From: Bacteroidota bacterium
GTDB taxonomy: Bacteria; Bacteroidota; Ignavibacteria; Kapaibacteriales; UBA961
DNA: 64,000 nucleotides
Direction: 5' to 3'
Assembly (NCBI GenBank): GCA_964204605.1
Contig: OZ123195.1
Location: 419,357-483,356, forward strand
Shown: piece by piece, positions 60,310 through 64,000 of the stretch
Position numbering within the stretch: position 1 is the stretch's first letter
How the letters are laid out: every line of letters starts with the position of its first letter
Translations under genes and position numbers: made by a program
The notes under the pieces: generated by a model
What the model saw: only the letters and a program-made list of their open reading frames with translations
Told to the model about the DNA's origin: nothing
The model's database searches: none

Positions 60310-60317
60310 TATATTTG
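60310..60317 (+). promoter_or_regulatory. TAnnTTTG-type promoter element for the permease operon
   Basis: TATATTTG in the divergent intergenic region upstream of 60414. Confidence 0.4.
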
Positions 60318-60413
60318 TTGAAGTTAAGAGGGAATGTCTTATTAAAACTTTTATTATAGGCATATAAAAGCCTTTGGGCATCTGCTTTGATTTATTAGGT
60401 TGAAATTTATCTT

Positions 60414-61733
60414 ATGAAGAAAACACATTATTCAGCCATAGCGGCTATGTCTATTGTTATTGCTAATATGATTGGGACAGGAGTTTTTACAGGACTTGGT
60501 TATCAACTTTTATCGATTCAAGACTTTACAGCAATTGTTTTACTATGGATTGTAGGCGGAATCTTGTCCTTATGTGGAGCATTTGTTTATGCCGAGCTTG
60601 GATCTATGTTTCCTCAATCCGGAGGTGAATACAGATATTTATCAGATATACTTCATCCATCTTTAGGGTTTTTGTCTGGATGGATTAGTTGTACTATTGG
60701 TTTTACGGCTCCCTTAGCAATGAGTGGTATGGCGGTTGGTAATTATATTAAAGGATCTATTGGCTTTGGCGATCCATTACTTATTGGTATCATATCATTA
60801 TTGATTTTAACGCTTATACACTCTACAAATCATGCGGCAAGTGGGGGATTTCAATCTATATTTACTATCCTTAAAGTATTGGTAATCATTGCATTAATAA
60901 TTGCAGGCTTTATGTTTGGAACAGAAGATATACATAAATTTATGCCTCGTATCAATACTATTCAACAAGTATTTTCCGAGCCATTCGCTATATCTTTGAT
61001 ATATGTAATATTCGCTTATTCTGGTTGGAATGCATCTGCATATATAGCTTCTGAGATTAAAAATCCACGGAAAAATCTTCCCATATCTATTATTGGTGGA
61101 ACGATTATCGTAACGATACTGTACGTTCTTATCAATATGATGTTTCTTTATACTGCTCCTATCAATGAATTAATGGTAGATATTACTACGATGCTGCCAA
61201 AAGAATTAGTAGTTATTGCTGGTTCAAAATTTTTGCCACCATTTATTGTTTCAATTAGCGGTTTTATAATAGCATTTATGCTTATTTCCTCTATGAGTTC
61301 TATGGTAGTTGCCGGACCCAGAGTACTTAGAGAAATGTTATTTGAATATAAACTCTTAAAGAATGTTAAAAGCAAAGATAATATCCCAGTTTCTAGTATA
61401 TGGATTCAAACCATTATTGCATTAATAATGATGATAACCAGTACTTATGATACATTGATTACATTTACTACAGTATTAATTACTATTATTTCATCGCTTA
61501 CCGCTATTGCTGTTATCTATGCTAGATTTTCTTTGAAACACGTAGAAAGGCCTTTTAAAATGGTTGGTTATCCAGCTACACCTTTATTGTTTCTTATGAT
61601 TAATGTGTGGATACTATATCATATTACTGTATCAAAACCTCAAGACATAAATATTGTACTCGCAATTTTGGGATTAGGTCTTATTGTTTGGGGTATTTTA
61701 CAATTCAGAAATAAAAGGTTATTAAAACTATGA
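60414..61733 (+). CDS. APC family amino acid permease
   Basis: NMIGTGVF, YAELGSMFPQSGGEY, FAYSGWN, EIKNP.KNLP, RPFK..GYP; about 12 TMs. Confidence 0.92.
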   Translation: MKKTHYSAIAAMSIVIANMIGTGVFTGLGYQLLSIQDFTAIVLLWIVGGILSLCGAFVYAELGSMFPQSGGEYRYLSDILHPSLGFLSGWISCTIGFTAPLAMSGMAVGNYIKGSIGFGDPLLIGIISLLILTLIHSTNHAASGGFQSIFTILKVLVIIALIIAGFMFGTEDIHKFMPRINTIQQVFSEPFAISLIYVIFAYSGWNASAYIASEIKNPRKNLPISIIGGTIIVTILYVLINMMFLYTAPINELMVDITTMLPKELVVIAGSKFLPPFIVSISGFIIAFMLISSMSSMVVAGPRVLREMLFEYKLLKNVKSKDNIPVSSIWIQTIIALIMMITSTYDTLITFTTVLITIISSLTAIAVIYARFSLKHVERPFKMVGYPATPLLFLMINVWILYHITVSKPQDINIVLAILGLGLIVWGILQFRNKRLLKL

Positions 61734-63289
61734 TATGTATGCTAAGGAATATGGGTATAGTTTTGGGAGTTTCTTTGATATTGATTGGGTGTTCAGAAAA
61801 AGAGATAAAAAGGGATATAGACCTTCAAAAAAAAGATACGATAGCTTCTAGTTCTATAAGCAAGACAATAGAATTTGTACACATTGAAAGACAACAATCA
61901 GCTGATAGTGTAGAATATAAAGTAATTATTCCTGATTCTAGTATATCGGGTATTGGAAACTTTTCACCAATATTCTATGATACTCTTCCTGGATACTATA
62001 CATTTAGAGGTACATCATTCAGAGATCAAAAACAGATGGGAGAACTAGATTCTCTACCCACGCAAATCCATATAGATTGGGTATTTAGAACTTCAATTGG
62101 TGCAGGAAATACTGGGGCCGTTGGTTCTCATCGTGGTTGGGGTGGAGGTGCTGGATGGACAGGCCAGCCTAATTTGATTATATCTCCTGATAAAACAAGA
62201 ATGAATATACTTCAAGGTTCACTATGTGGTAAAGTGTATTCCTTAGATTATGGTACTGGCAAAGAAATAGACTCTGCTTTTGATACAAAAAATCCAATCA
62301 AAGGTTCTATTTCTTCAGATCCAGAATATCCTGGAATTGTGTATGTAGGACAAGGAATTCGTTATACACAAGAGTGTGGAGCAAGAGCAATCAATATTAA
62401 AAAGAACACTTTATTATCTTTTCTCTCAGGAGATGATAAGCATGCTAAGCGGTATTGGGGAGCTTTAGATAGCTCGCCTTTGATTTGGGGACAATTCCTT
62501 TTATGGCCTGCTGAAAATGGAATATTATATAAACTTATTAGATCTGAAAAGGGCCTAAAGATCCATTCTAAATTTGTGTATACAGTTAAAGGAAATAACC
62601 ATTTAGGAATAGAATCTAGTATAGCGGTGTATGGTCAATATGGCATTATTACCGATAATGGAGGTAGTATTATTTGTGTGGATTTGAATACTCTACAACC
62701 TATGTGGTATTCTAATAATAGCGATGATACAGATGCAACCCCTGTGATATCAATAGAAGATGGTAAACCTTATGTTTATACAGGCTGCGAAGTTGATAAA
62801 CAAGGAAAGCAAGGATTTGCATTATTCCGCAAATTAGATGTAGTAAATGGCAAAGAAATTTGGCGATTTTCACTTGCATGTCATTCTATTGTGAATGGAA
62901 GTTATATCTATAATGGTGGTATGCTAGGAACGCCATTATTAGGGAAATCTAATTGTTCATCTATGATTTTTACTTCGTTTTCTCAGTATAAACCAGGTAA
63001 TACAGGACTATTTGCTGCTTTTGATAAACTAACTGGCAAAGTATTATGGCAAACTCCTTTATCAGCATATACTTGGTCTTCACCAATTGGATATATCACA
63101 AAGCAAGGACAGTTTATCATTTTATTAGGTGATGTGATTGGTAATCTATATGTGATTGATGGTCAATCAGGAAATATTATAACACAAAAAAGAGTTGGAC
63201 AGAACTTTGAGTCTTCACCAATTGCTTATGGAAATACTGCAATTATTGCTTCCAGGGGTAATTCATTTTTTAGGATTTCTTTACGATGA
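61730..63289 (+). CDS. PQQ-binding-like beta-propeller lipoprotein
   Basis: Lipobox LIGC; TFRG, GAGWTGQP, DSSP, ESS, DATP, WSSP and G...W propeller repeats. Confidence 0.75.
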   Translation: MICMLRNMGIVLGVSLILIGCSEKEIKRDIDLQKKDTIASSSISKTIEFVHIERQQSADSVEYKVIIPDSSISGIGNFSPIFYDTLPGYYTFRGTSFRDQKQMGELDSLPTQIHIDWVFRTSIGAGNTGAVGSHRGWGGGAGWTGQPNLIISPDKTRMNILQGSLCGKVYSLDYGTGKEIDSAFDTKNPIKGSISSDPEYPGIVYVGQGIRYTQECGARAINIKKNTLLSFLSGDDKHAKRYWGALDSSPLIWGQFLLWPAENGILYKLIRSEKGLKIHSKFVYTVKGNNHLGIESSIAVYGQYGIITDNGGSIICVDLNTLQPMWYSNNSDDTDATPVISIEDGKPYVYTGCEVDKQGKQGFALFRKLDVVNGKEIWRFSLACHSIVNGSYIYNGGMLGTPLLGKSNCSSMIFTSFSQYKPGNTGLFAAFDKLTGKVLWQTPLSAYTWSSPIGYITKQGQFIILLGDVIGNLYVIDGQSGNIITQKRVGQNFESSPIAYGNTAIIASRGNSFFRISLR

Positions 63290-64000
63290 AACATGTCATG
63301 TTAATAATCTTTGGTTTATTTTTTATTAGTTCAGTGGCTTTTACAGGGATAACTTCATATACAAAACCTAGTTTCGGCTATCCATATATGCTTAGTATGC
63401 CAAAAGGTTCTACAAAAAAAGATCTACTACCTTTAATAGTATTTCTTCATGGAAAAAGTTTAAGTGGTGATAGTCTTGAAAAACTCAAGAAATATGGTAC
63501 GATTGCCGCTATTAACAAAGGAAAAAAGATATCTGCGATTGTATTAGCGCCTCAATGTCCAGAAGGTGAAGGCTGGAACCCAGCTAAGATTTATCGTTTG
63601 ATACAAAGAATAAGAAAAACGTATACTGTAGACACAAACAGAATATATGTAACAGGTATGAGTATGGGTGGTTATGGAACTTTTAGATTTGTAGCTAAAT
63701 ACCCTCATCTAGTTGCAGCTGCCGCGCCATTATGTGGAGGTGGAGAAACTAATACAGGGCAATCCTTAAGCAAAGTCCCTTTGTGGATTATGCACGGAGC
63801 CCGTGATACACAAGTGCCGATTATACAATCAAAAAGAATGGTGAAAGCAATTTATCTTTGTGATAGCACCAAATGTTTATTTACAGTTTTTCCTAAATTA
63901 GGCCACGGTGAATTAACGCAATGTTATGAAATGGATGAATTATATACATGGCTTTTATCGCATAAAAAAGAGAATGGAATCAGCAGGTTTATTCCGCCAT
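63286..64000 (+). CDS. Exported alpha/beta hydrolase (predicted peptidase/esterase), 3' truncated by the window edge
   Basis: Absent from the ORF track because there is no stop. ATG 63286 overlaps the upstream TGA. Reads MKHVMLII...PLIVFLHG...LAPQC...RIYVTGMSMGGYG (nucleophile Ser)...WIMHGARDTQVP...GHG. Confidence 0.88.
   Translation, partial: MKHVMLIIFGLFFISSVAFTGITSYTKPSFGYPYMLSMPKGSTKKDLLPLIVFLHGKSLSGDSLEKLKKYGTIAAINKGKKISAIVLAPQCPEGEGWNPAKIYRLIQRIRKTYTVDTNRIYVTGMSMGGYGTFRFVAKYPHLVAAAAPLCGGGETNTGQSLSKVPLWIMHGARDTQVPIIQSKRMVKAIYLCDSTKCLFTVFPKLGHGELTQCYEMDELYTWLLSHKKENGISRFIPP

Overview
A gene-dense, AT-rich bacterial chromosome segment of mostly housekeeping and cell-envelope genes, with no CRISPR array, rRNA, integrase, transposase or phage module. 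Type IX secretion (T9SS) C-terminal sorting domains, a DUF4835/PorD-like gene, Gln at +1 after many signal peptides and recurrent TAnnTTTG promoter elements point to the FCB/Bacteroidota-Chlorobiota group. The Cys-rich VWA/Ig/cohesin/T9SS protein suggests Kapabacteria or Ignavibacteria; this taxonomy is inference. Recognisable genes are queG (partial), pirin, ugd, pyrG, icd, ltaE, a 7TM-HD phosphodiesterase, an LD-carboxypeptidase, TerC, GH57, TldD, ccmF, sdhCAB, fbaB, gyrA between two tRNA-Ser genes, a DsbA/FrnE-like gene and lysA. The most interesting observations are: (1) two tandem, stalked LytR-CpsA-Psr (LCP) lipoproteins in a diderm; (2) a GC-rich BIME-like array of alternating inverted two-hairpin elements whose stems covary (51148-51417); (3) a small T9SS-sorted protein coupled to a CTD-less FISUMP protein with a similar N-terminal motif, possibly piggy-back secretion; (4) a TPR / short barrel / SPOR / TonB / ugd / GT2 envelope operon; (5) a divergent pair of Tat-signal enzymes (LD-carboxypeptidase and a CefD-like PLP enzyme); (6) an internally deleted, frameshifted Nramp pseudogene that the ORF track only partly captures. 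All family calls come from motif recognition by eye, not database searches.
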